DNA from: Candidatus Bathyarchaeota archaeon
GTDB taxonomy: Archaea; Thermoproteota; Bathyarchaeia; Bathyarchaeales; Bathycorpusculaceae
DNA length: 64,000 bases
Reading direction: 5' to 3'
Assembly (NCBI GenBank): GCA_963775465.1
Contig: CAVZIW010000003.1
Location: 224,001 to 288,000 of the forward strand
In this document: positions 51,121-59,472 of the stretch, in pieces
Numbering within the stretch: the stretch's first letter is position 1
Layout of the letters: each line of letters begins with the position of its first letter
Notes under the pieces: model-generated
What the model was told of the DNA's origin: nothing
What the model saw: the letters and a program-made list of their open reading frames with translations, nothing else
The model's database searches: none
Program-made: the position numbers and the translations under genes

Positions 51121-51153
51121 CAATAAGGCCTCTTGTTTTTATTAGTTAGCGCG

Positions 51154-51215
51154 GACAAGTGAGCAATTGGACATGGAGTTCTACGTCATTTGTACATAGA
51201 ACACCTTTGCTTGTC
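51154..51215 (-). promoter_or_regulatory. Stem-loop in putative 5' leader of glutamate synthase operon
   Basis: Minus strand GUUCUAUGU-7nt-ACGUAGAAC nested in GACAAG...CUUGUC; TATA-like TTATAA at 51238-51243. Confidence 0.45.
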
Positions 51216-51397
51216 GTTGCTTGATTATTGTTTTTAATTATAATTCTACAAATGTTTAGCGGCACTTTTTGTACCTCTCTTAGTTATGTTAGCGCACAAA
51301 ATAGCATGTATTCTATATAACTTTGTTGGTAATCATTTATATGTATGTTCATGAACTATGCAGTATATACGAAACATATGTCGAGATTGATCTGAAA

Positions 51398-52501
51398 ATG
51401 GCGGAAAAAGACCTTGGTTACCGAAGAGTTCAATGCACCGGCAGAGGCTCATACATAATATCCCTTCCAAAGGAATGGGTAGAAGACATAGGATTAAAAC
51501 GAGGCAGTGAAATCGCATTTAACCTAGAGCCTGATTCCACTCTGCTACTTGTTCCACGAAAAATCATGGAAAAAGAAGGCAGAGAAGATGGATCCAAACC
51601 AAAAGAATACTTCATAAACGTCGACCCAAAAGAACCTCTCCAATCAACTATTCGAATGATTCGTTCCCTCTACGCAATTGGCGCCGACATAATAAGGGTC
51701 CATTTTAAAACGTCCCAGGAAGCTTCAAAATACAAAAACGACATAAAAAACCTAGCTCGCGACAACTTTTTAGGCTCAGAAATAATCGACGAAACCCAAA
51801 ATGAAATAACCCTCCAAATTCTAATCAGACACTCCGAATTTCCAATTGAAAAAGCTGTTAGAAGAATGGCTATTGTAGCTCTTGCAGCTAACCGGGATGC
51901 CATTGAAGCTCTCAATGACAAAAGCAACGCATTATTCGACAGCGTCATCAATGCTCACAACGACGTAAATCGTCTCGGTTTGTACATTATCCGGCAACTG
52001 AAGCATGGCATTGAAAGAAACTTGTACCGAGAGCTCGGGTTCAAAACTCCAAAAGAGTTCCTTCTTTACCGTATTGCTGTAAACGATATTGAAAATATCG
52101 GTGACAACGCTATGAATCTAATCAATCATCTTGGGGCTCTCCAGAAACTTATCAACGACCAAACTCTTTTCATTAAATATCCAATAGATGAAGAAATATA
52201 CAATCAATTGATCGATTTTAGTGTACAAGCTCACCAAATATACGATGATGCCATAAAAGCTCTCTTTAAACGCGACTACAAGGATGCGGAAAGATTAATT
52301 TCCAAACGTGAATCTTTAGTGCCTCTTGAAAATGAGTTAATAATGTTAATGTCTAGCAAGAAAATTGACCCAAATATCCTTTCAGTGCTAAGATTGATCT
52401 TTGATAATTGTAGGCGCGTACTGGACTACAGCCGTAACATGGCGGAACTAACGTTAAACCGAACTGTGGAAGAACTCTGTTCGACTTTCACCTACAAATA
52501 A
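51398..52501 (+). CDS. AbrB/MazE-PhoU family transcriptional regulator
   Basis: RRVQCTGRGSYIISLPKEW AbrB domain; PhoU-like helical repeats (ENIGD). Confidence 0.9.
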   Translation: MAEKDLGYRRVQCTGRGSYIISLPKEWVEDIGLKRGSEIAFNLEPDSTLLLVPRKIMEKEGREDGSKPKEYFINVDPKEPLQSTIRMIRSLYAIGADIIRVHFKTSQEASKYKNDIKNLARDNFLGSEIIDETQNEITLQILIRHSEFPIEKAVRRMAIVALAANRDAIEALNDKSNALFDSVINAHNDVNRLGLYIIRQLKHGIERNLYRELGFKTPKEFLLYRIAVNDIENIGDNAMNLINHLGALQKLINDQTLFIKYPIDEEIYNQLIDFSVQAHQIYDDAIKALFKRDYKDAERLISKRESLVPLENELIMLMSSKKIDPNILSVLRLIFDNCRRVLDYSRNMAELTLNRTVEELCSTFTYK

Positions 52502-52522
52502 ACTAATCAACTAAGTGAAAAT

Positions 52523-52600
52523 TGGTGCTCCGGCCGGGATTTGGACCCGGGTCCGCGACTCGAGAGGCCGCTATACTTGACCGGACTATACTACCGGAGC
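52523..52600 (-). tRNA. tRNA-Glu(CUC), intronless, CCA encoded
   Basis: Acceptor GCTCCGG/CCGGAGC; anticodon arm GCGGC-CT-CTC-GA-GTCGC; T-arm CCGGG-TCCAAAT-CCCGG. Confidence 0.95.
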
Positions 52601-52787
52601 TCGCCGAAAAGGGTATTCTCATTGAAATAAATACGTTTTGTAATATTGAAGAGAAACTGCAGACAACTAGCTGGGTACTCTCAACAGTGGATTTCTAAAT
52701 AATCTTTGTCTTCAATAAGCAAGCTTCGCTTAGAGAAACGAAAAATCAAAATAATAAAAATAACAAAAAAGGAAATTAGGGGAAAGT

Positions 52788-54429
52788 TTACTCTTCGCCC
52801 ATGCCGCCAGGCATTCCGCCTGGTGCGCCTTTTGGTGCTTTGGCTGTGATGACATCGTCGATGCGTAGTATTAGTGCTGCTGACTCGGCTGCTGATTTGA
52901 TTGCTTGCTCTTTGACCATGATTGGTTCAATGACGCCGGCTGCGATGCTGTCTTGGAGTTTGCCTGTGAATACGTTGATTCCCATGTTCTTCCCGGTTGC
53001 TTTGTCGTGTACTTGACGTAGCTCTACGAGAATATCGATTGGTTCTAAGCCTCCGTTCTCTGCGAGCGTTCTTGGAATGACTTCGACTGCGTCTGCGAAT
53101 GCTTCAACTGCTAGTTGTTCTCTTCCGCCGACAGTTGTTGCATATTTGCGGAGTTCTTTTGAGATTTCGATTTCGACTGCGCCGCCGCCTGCTACGATTT
53201 TGTTGTTTTCGATAACGTCTGAAATTACTGAGAGTGAATCAATCATGGCGCGTTCAGCTTCGTCAACCATGCGTTCTAAGCCCGCTCGGATGAGGATTGC
53301 GACGCTGTGGGGGTCTTTGCATTTTTCGACAAAGATCATTTTGTCGTCGCCGATTTTTCGTTCTTCTACGTGTCCTGCACTGCCAAGGTCTGATTTCTTT
53401 AGGTCGTCTAGGTCGCTGCTGATTATTGCGCCTGTGGCTCTTGCGAGTTTTTCCATGTCGGATTCTTTTACTCGTCTAGCAGCGATTATTCCTTCTTTAG
53501 CTAGGAAATGTTGAACCATGTCGTCGATGCCTTTTTGGCAGAAAATTACGTCTGCGCCTGATGCTTTAATTTTGGTAACCATGTCTTGCATCATGTCAGT
53601 TTCTTGATCTAAGAAATGCTTTCATTTGAGAGGGGTCTTTGATTCTGATTTCGGCTGAGATTTCAGTTTTTTCGATTTCTAAGGCTGAGTCTAGCAGTGC
53701 AATCTTTGCGTTTTCTTTCTTCTTTGGCATGTTGGGGTTTACGATTTCTTTGTCTATTATTATGCCTCTGATTAGTTGCGTTTCAAGGAGGCTTTTGCCT
53801 GTTTTCTTTATGAGTTGGATGTTGTCTATGTCAGCGAGAGCTTTGTCTCCTCTTTGTTCGGCGATTTGTTTGACTGCGTCAATGCTGATTTCTGCTAAGT
53901 GGTCGCGTGCGCTGCCGACTGCTTTGCTGCTCATGGAGGTTAATGCAACTTTTAGGAGTGTTTTGCGGTCATTGATGTCAAGTGGTACTGCAGTTTTGTT
54001 TATGACTTCGATAGCTTTGACTGATGCTTTGCGGAATCCGCTTACTAGGATTGTTGGGTGAATGTTTTGGTCTAGGAGTTCTTCAGCTTTTTTGAGTAGT
54101 TCGCTTGCTAAAACAACTGCGGATGTGGTTCCGTCGCCGACCATGTCGTCTTGGGTTTTTGCGATTTCAACCATCATTTTTGCTGCTGGGTGTTCAACGT
54201 CGATTTCTTTGAGTATGGCTGCGCCGTCGTTTGTGATTGTTATGTCGCCAAGAGAGTCGATGAGCATTTTGTCCATGCCTCTTGGACCTAGTGTGGTTTT
54301 TAGTACTTCTCCGATTACTCGGGCTGCCATTATGTTATTTCGTTGTGCTTCTTTCCCTCTGCTTCGGGTTGTTCCTTCTTTTAGGATGAGGACTGGCTGT
54401 CCTGAACCTGTTGTTGTTAAATACGCCAT
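52788..54429 (-). pseudogene. Second thermosome subunit split by one extra base near 53615 (probably an intact gene with a sequence error)
   Basis: The two ORFs are consecutive chaperonin halves; deleting one T restores MKAFLDQETDMMQDM and 546 aa. Confidence 0.85.
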
Positions 54430-54631
54430 ATGTTATCCCTACTTTACTAGAATCTTGTTTAATTCGGATTATTGCAAAAATCAAACGCAAATATAAACTT
54501 TAAGGCTTACTTAGACGTTTGTTGGGTTGATTTGTTTTGTTCATTTGCAGAGTGGGATTAATTTCGTTTTATGCCTTTGTGGGGGAAAAAACAGAAATAA
54601 TTAGATATGTACACTTCTCCTGTGAAGCGTT

Positions 54632-55159
54632 ATGATTGATGACTTTAATCTCTTAGCTACAACAATGCGCGGAAACGAACGGCCTATGTGTAACGAACTG
54701 CTATACTTGCTCAAAGAGGCACTTGGAGACGTTCAAGCGCAAACAGCAAAAACAAAAATTCGTGGCTTAATCGTTGGCAAAACATCTCTTGACCCCGTTG
54801 AAGTTGTAGGAAAATTCCGTAGCATTCTAATCGAGCGTCCATACGAGTTTCGTTATGCCCTAAGAATCGTTCCCGTACAAATGGTTGTGCAGACAGACTT
54901 GCAGGAGATTAAGAAATCAGCTCAGGAGATGGCATCAAAAATCGGGGAAAACCAAACTTTTCGGGTTACGGTTGAGAAACGCTTCACCGAGCTTCATTCG
55001 AAAGATATAATCGAGGCGGTAGCAGGGGATCTTAACCGTCGAGTTGACCTTAAAAATCCTGATTGGATTTTGCAGATTGAAATCTTAGGCAGGTTAACGG
55101 GTATTTCGCTGCTAAAACCAAGCGATGTTTTGGCGGTTGTAAAAGAAAAGATGCTTTGA
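54632..55159 (+). CDS. Stand-alone THUMP domain protein
   Basis: RIVPV, TFRVTVEKR, VDLKNPD, IEILG. Confidence 0.9.
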   Translation: MIDDFNLLATTMRGNERPMCNELLYLLKEALGDVQAQTAKTKIRGLIVGKTSLDPVEVVGKFRSILIERPYEFRYALRIVPVQMVVQTDLQEIKKSAQEMASKIGENQTFRVTVEKRFTELHSKDIIEAVAGDLNRRVDLKNPDWILQIEILGRLTGISLLKPSDVLAVVKEKML

Positions 55160-55160
55160 T

Positions 55161-55724
55161 CTAAAGTTGGGTAGACAACAATGCTACTCGTTCAATAACT
55201 AAATCAACTATTGCCTCTTCTAAATCGCACTCTTTTAGTGTTTCTATTTCTGCCTTGGTTATTTTGAAAACTTTGAGAATTTTCTCTTTTTTGTCGTTTG
55301 TGATTGATAGAGTTGTCTGGTTAGGTTGACTGCCAACGCATATCGATAAATCTTGCAGTAGGAGTTCTATCTGTTTTGGTTTTTTCCCTATGATTGTTAT
55401 TGCCATATTCTTGGTTTCTGGTTTTATTCCTATGAGGTTTATTGATTTTTGTATTTGGCGTTGTGCTGAAGCATAAAGCATGGTTTCCATAGCTAGGCTT
55501 TTTGAAATGTTTGTTTTGTCTTTGAAAGCTCTTAGGGCGTTTAGGACAGCAAAGTACAAATGTTGTTCAGTTGCAACAAGGTCGGCTTCGAAGAATTGGA
55601 TGTCAACTTCTTTTAGGGTTTGTTTCCGATTTGCTTTGAGAAACTCTTCTACTTTTTCGAACGCTATGTTTCTGTATCCAGTTATTTCTACGTATCTGTT
55701 GAATTCTTCAAAGTGATGCTGCAT
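55161..55724 (-). CDS. cgi121: KEOPS subunit Cgi121
   Basis: QFFEAD, HLYFA, SKSLAMETMLYASAQRQI, LVIERVALL. Confidence 0.9.
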   Translation of the reverse strand: MQHHFEEFNRYVEITGYRNIAFEKVEEFLKANRKQTLKEVDIQFFEADLVATEQHLYFAVLNALRAFKDKTNISKSLAMETMLYASAQRQIQKSINLIGIKPETKNMAITIIGKKPKQIELLLQDLSICVGSQPNQTTLSITNDKKEKILKVFKITKAEIETLKECDLEEAIVDLVIERVALLSTQL

Positions 55725-55734
55725 GTTTAGAATC

Positions 55735-56319
55735 CTACTGAATGGTTTTTAGGAGTTTTTCAGCTAATTGTTTGGGTAAACCCGCTTTTACGAGTTTTGC
55801 GATTTCCTGGTTTGCAGCCCTTTTGCCTTCAAACTTTTGAGTTATTTTTCGTAGAGTTTCTTTAATTTCCCAAGGGAACACTACCCAGTTGTTTGTTTGT
55901 TTCTCGTAGAAATCGGGTTTTGTAATGCTTTGAGGCTTAAAGTATAAGGTAGCTGTTTTTGTTTCACTGGCGCCTTGTTCTTGGATGTGTGTTTGGGCTA
56001 GCTTTAGGCTTTTGCCTGTGTCAGCAATGTCGTCAACTATTAGGGTTTTTTTGTTTTTGATGGCAACGGTTAGGGGTTGTTTTAGGGTTGGCTCCACGGT
56101 TGGCTGAGCTATATCTAGATAGAATTCAATTTGCAGAGACGCTAATTGTGGGGTTTCAATAAGGTCAGATAGGATTCGAGCTGGGATTATTCCGCCTTTT
56201 GCGATGCCGATTATTATGTCGGGTTGGAATTGTTGATTTTGGATTTTTTGTGCTTGGGCTAGGAGCATATCGTTTATTTGATTCCATGTTGGAACTTCGT
56301 ATTCTGCGTTGGTTGCCAC
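55735..56319 (-). CDS. Purine-type phosphoribosyltransferase
   Basis: IAKGG, LIVDDIADTGKSL, WVVFPWE. Confidence 0.92.
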   Translation of the reverse strand: MATNAEYEVPTWNQINDMLLAQAQKIQNQQFQPDIIIGIAKGGIIPARILSDLIETPQLASLQIEFYLDIAQPTVEPTLKQPLTVAIKNKKTLIVDDIADTGKSLKLAQTHIQEQGASETKTATLYFKPQSITKPDFYEKQTNNWVVFPWEIKETLRKITQKFEGKRAANQEIAKLVKAGLPKQLAEKLLKTIQ

Positions 56320-56638
56320 TTTGTTGCCTCTTAGTTGAGGTTACGGTTTGGGGTTCTGTTAAGGTTTTCGATTTGCTTTGTCGAGGCGCATAATTTGTTT
56401 GGGTTAATTTTGTTATTTAGCAATTTGCTGTTTCTTTGTGAATGTGATTCTATTTTTATGGGGTTTTTGTTGGTGGTTGATTTGTGTTTGCTTGCTTGGT
56501 TGCATAATTTTATTAAGGGGTTTGGTTTATTGGTTTATTCGGGAGATAGGCGTCTGGAGATATGTTTCGTAATTCGTAATATAGTTTAAAAGGGTTGACG
56601 TCTCTTCCATAAATTGAAAATTGAAAGGAGAACTAAAA

Positions 56639-56974
56639 ATGGTGAAGAATGTGGATGAAGAGAAGATTAAGGGCGTGTTGACGGTTCCGAAGATGGCTGC
56701 GATAAAATCGATGCTTGAAAAAGACCATGCTATTGACTGTTTGCTTTTGCTCCATGTTGGTCGCGGAAAATGGAAGGATGCAAAAGATTTCATGCGTGAA
56801 AACAATTTAACTCTTAGCGATGGCACCTTTAGGGCAAGAATGATTGAGATTGAATCTTTGGGTTTAGCTAAAAGCGAGCGTATTGACCCTCTCAAGAAGT
56901 ATTATGTGAAGACTGAGTTGGGTGAAAAGGTGGCTATGCTTCTTCTCGGATTTTTTGATGAGTTAGGCGCTTAA
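56639..56974 (+). CDS. Winged helix-turn-helix protein (HxlR/MarR-like)
   Basis: LSDGTFRARMIEIESLGL...YVKTELG; AGGAG before ATG 56639. Confidence 0.75.
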   Translation: MVKNVDEEKIKGVLTVPKMAAIKSMLEKDHAIDCLLLLHVGRGKWKDAKDFMRENNLTLSDGTFRARMIEIESLGLAKSERIDPLKKYYVKTELGEKVAMLLLGFFDELGA

Positions 56975-57055
56975 AACATATTTTTTGTTTCTATTTCTTT
57001 TCATTTTTTTGTTTGTTGTAGTTGTGTTCGACGACTCAATAATCTTGTTTAGTAA

Positions 57056-57071
57056 GACGTAATACTTAAAA
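57056..57071 (+). promoter_or_regulatory. BRE/TATA-like promoter of the pilin gene
   Basis: GACGTAATA-CTTAAAAG about 50 nt before ATG 57119. Confidence 0.5.
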
Positions 57072-57118
57072 GTCCGGTTTTGTCGATAAGTATAACAAAC
57101 ATACAAAAGGTAAAAAAA

Positions 57119-57561
57119 ATGAACACATACCTAAGAAAAATAAAGAAAAACTCAAAAGCACTCAGCCCCGTAGTCGCATCAATCATACTCATCGCCGTAA
57201 CAGTAGCAGTCAGCGTTGTCGTAGCAGCATGGATGGGAGGAATGTCCCTCGGACTCATGAACAACGCAGAACAAGTGACAGCAACAAATCCAGTATTTGT
57301 CAATACTGTCGACGCTGAAACTGTTACTTTAACGCTTAGAAATACTGGTGCATCCTCAGTAACGATATCTGCCGCAGGCACAATAGACGGAACAGCCGTT
57401 GTAGCATCAGTTACTTCAGGATCATTAACAATTGAAAAAGGAACTACACAGCAGTCGTTCTGACAAAGGCATCTCCTTTCGTTGCAGGCGCACAATATAA
57501 CATTGGCTTAACTACTACAAAGGGAAACACAATCGCATACACAGCAACATACAACCCATAA
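57119..57561 (+). CDS. Archaeal type IV pilin (class III signal peptide), frameshifted near 57445
   Basis: KIKKNSKA/LSPVVASIILIAVTVAVSVVVAAW; the -1 frame continues TAVVLTKASPFVAGAQYNIGLTTTKGNTIAYTATYNP*. Confidence 0.88.
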
Positions 57562-57599
57562 ATATCAAACCTTTAGACACAATAAAAATTCGGGGGTAA

Positions 57600-57640
57600 G
57601 GTGAAGCAAGTCTTCACCCAACTTTCCTCTTTCTCTGTTT
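57600..57640 (+). terminator. Hairpin plus pyrimidine tract after pilin
   Basis: GGTGAAG-CAAGT-CTTCACC followed by CTTTCCTCTTTCTC. Confidence 0.55.
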
Positions 57641-57668
57641 AGAAAAAAAAATTAGGAGTAAAACAATC

Positions 57669-58094
57669 ATGGTAACACAAATAAAAGAATATACATCCGC
57701 CCAAGCAATAGCCGAATCCTTAGATAAGGAACTGTCGGAGACAAAAAGTGTCTTGGGTGAATACTTAAGAAAACTCGACGAGATCAGAACACTCGCTGAG
57801 AAATCACAAAAAATCCGCGAAGTCGTCTTAAAATTAGCAGGTAAAAAAGCCCCTACCGAGAGTCAAGGCGAAATTACGGTTGGTACATTGAACATTGTTT
57901 TGGATGCTAACCCGTTTCATGAGTTAACCGCTATTGAGTCTGTGGTTCGCAGTCACCAAGAAAGGTTGCTTGTTCTACAAAAAGTTCGCGAAGCTTTAAA
58001 GTGGCTAGATCAACTCGGCGACACAGAAGGCCTAAAGTACCTAGTCCTTGAAAATGAAGGTATCCCTGAACGTATCCTATTTAAAATATCTTAG
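57669..58094 (+). CDS. Hypothetical coiled-coil/beta-hairpin protein
   Basis: AGGAG RBS; two long amphipathic helices around EITVGTLNIVLD. Confidence 0.8.
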   Translation: MVTQIKEYTSAQAIAESLDKELSETKSVLGEYLRKLDEIRTLAEKSQKIREVVLKLAGKKAPTESQGEITVGTLNIVLDANPFHELTAIESVVRSHQERLLVLQKVREALKWLDQLGDTEGLKYLVLENEGIPERILFKIS

Positions 58095-58106
58095 GTTGCT
58101 AAAAAA

Positions 58107-59012
58107 GTGACTTGCAGCCAACCTGAAGTGCTCCAAACTGTCGTCGACGAATATAGCAATCTAAGTCCCGAAACATCAAATGTCTTCATTTTTAGAAAAC
58201 ATGGGGAAATGATAGCGGCAAACCAAGCTACAACTGAAGATCAAACCAAACCTGCCATCGCCATCTTCGCCGATCTTGCCGCAAAAACCGACCTGATAGG
58301 TAGCTTGGAGAGTTTGACGATCAATGGCGTTTCTGAGCAACTTATTATATCGACAATTGATGATCTATATCTGGCTACGGTTTCCTCAAAAAAAGCCAAT
58401 CCCAAAACCCTCCGTTCGTTAAGCCAAGTTTTGATTCCAACAATTGTTAGACTCATTGAACAACAAAACTTCAACAAATGCCAAGAAGTACCGGAAACCC
58501 TCCAGACATTACCAGAAGAAGAGCCAGTTGAAGAGTCCATCGCATCTCAAGAAGAACTAACAGCGGATTCCACTTCTGAATCCGATGAATGTGAAGAAGT
58601 ATCACAAACCCTTCAAACTTTGGCAGACGAAGAGGCAATTGAAGATTCCGTAATATCTCAAGAAGAACCAAACATGGATTCAGACTCTGAGCCAGAAAGC
58701 TCCATGGAGCCAGTGCTTCCAAAACCACCTATTAACCAGCTTATGATAGAAAAAATCAAAGGCATGCTAGTCGCATCGGATACTGTACGGGTAGATAGCG
58801 AAGTGATTGAGAGCTGGACCGAACTCTACGGAGATAAAACCCTCTTGATAAACATCCAAACTCTGGATGGAAAAACAACGACCTGCAAGTTTAAACCAGT
58901 AAAAGAATCCAAGTCAAACGCCAAAGGAATAATTCAAATTCCAGAAAAAATCCTGCAAACACTTCAAGCCAGCAAAGGCCAGCTTGTTATGGTTAGCCCA
59001 GAAATAGCATAA
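58107..59012 (+). CDS. Roadblock/LC7-like domain, acidic repeat linker and C-terminal beta-barrel-like domain
   Basis: LQTVVDEY...NVFIFRKHGEMIA...LESLTINGVSEQLIIST pattern; C-terminal GIIQIPEKILQTLQASKGQLVMVSP. Confidence 0.65.
   Translation: MTCSQPEVLQTVVDEYSNLSPETSNVFIFRKHGEMIAANQATTEDQTKPAIAIFADLAAKTDLIGSLESLTINGVSEQLIISTIDDLYLATVSSKKANPKTLRSLSQVLIPTIVRLIEQQNFNKCQEVPETLQTLPEEEPVEESIASQEELTADSTSESDECEEVSQTLQTLADEEAIEDSVISQEEPNMDSDSEPESSMEPVLPKPPINQLMIEKIKGMLVASDTVRVDSEVIESWTELYGDKTLLINIQTLDGKTTTCKFKPVKESKSNAKGIIQIPEKILQTLQASKGQLVMVSPEIA
58479..58700 (+). repeat. Two diverged tandem 111-bp (37-aa) acidic coding repeats
   Basis: CQEVPETLQTLPEEEPVEESIASQEE.. versus CEEVSQTLQTLADEEAIEDSVISQEE.. 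Confidence 0.85.
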
Positions 59013-59027
59013 TAGGAGAAGAAAAAT

Positions 59028-59429
59028 TTGAAACAAAAAATGAACCGGACAGAAACCGAATCAGAACTTGAAGATGCTGCAGTCATATCTGTCGGGGATG
59101 AAGATTCTGATTTTAAGAATTTGACAGCAAGCTTGGTTGAAATAAGGAAATTGAAAGGCGTATTAGGAGCCATTCTAAGAAACAAGACGTCAGCTGTAGT
59201 AGATTTCGAAGAACAAGACAAAATAAATGCCTTTGCTCTGCTGTCAACCTGCATTCGCGAGTCCAGTGTCGAAATAGCCAAACCCTTTGATCTATCATTC
59301 GTTGAAAGTGTTTTGGTCGAGGGCAAAGATGCAAAGATATTTTGCATCAGATTAGGAGACAACAGGTTGGACGTGTTGATGGAGACAGAAATGTCTGAAG
59401 ATCTGATTACAGAGCGAATTCAACTTTAA
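59028..59429 (+). CDS. Roadblock/LC7-like protein
   Basis: LVEIRKLKGVLGAILRN...VESVLVEGKDAKIFCIRLGDNRLDVLM. Confidence 0.7.
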   Translation: MKQKMNRTETESELEDAAVISVGDEDSDFKNLTASLVEIRKLKGVLGAILRNKTSAVVDFEEQDKINAFALLSTCIRESSVEIAKPFDLSFVESVLVEGKDAKIFCIRLGDNRLDVLMETEMSEDLITERIQL

Positions 59430-59472
59430 TTTTCTTTAACAGTAGTCTTAGTGTCAGTCTTATTCTATCAAT

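Noticed and set aside
52523-52600. tRNA-Glu as an integration site
   Set aside because: No duplicated tRNA 3' end and no integrase seen in the window.
56199-56895. ORFs 56199-56393, 56335-56589 and 56527-56895
   Set aside because: By-products of G/T-rich low-complexity sequence or antisense to the wHTH gene.
56566-57066. Shared CGTAAT before the wHTH and pilin TATA boxes as a specific operator
   Set aside because: Position and sequence fit an ordinary BRE.
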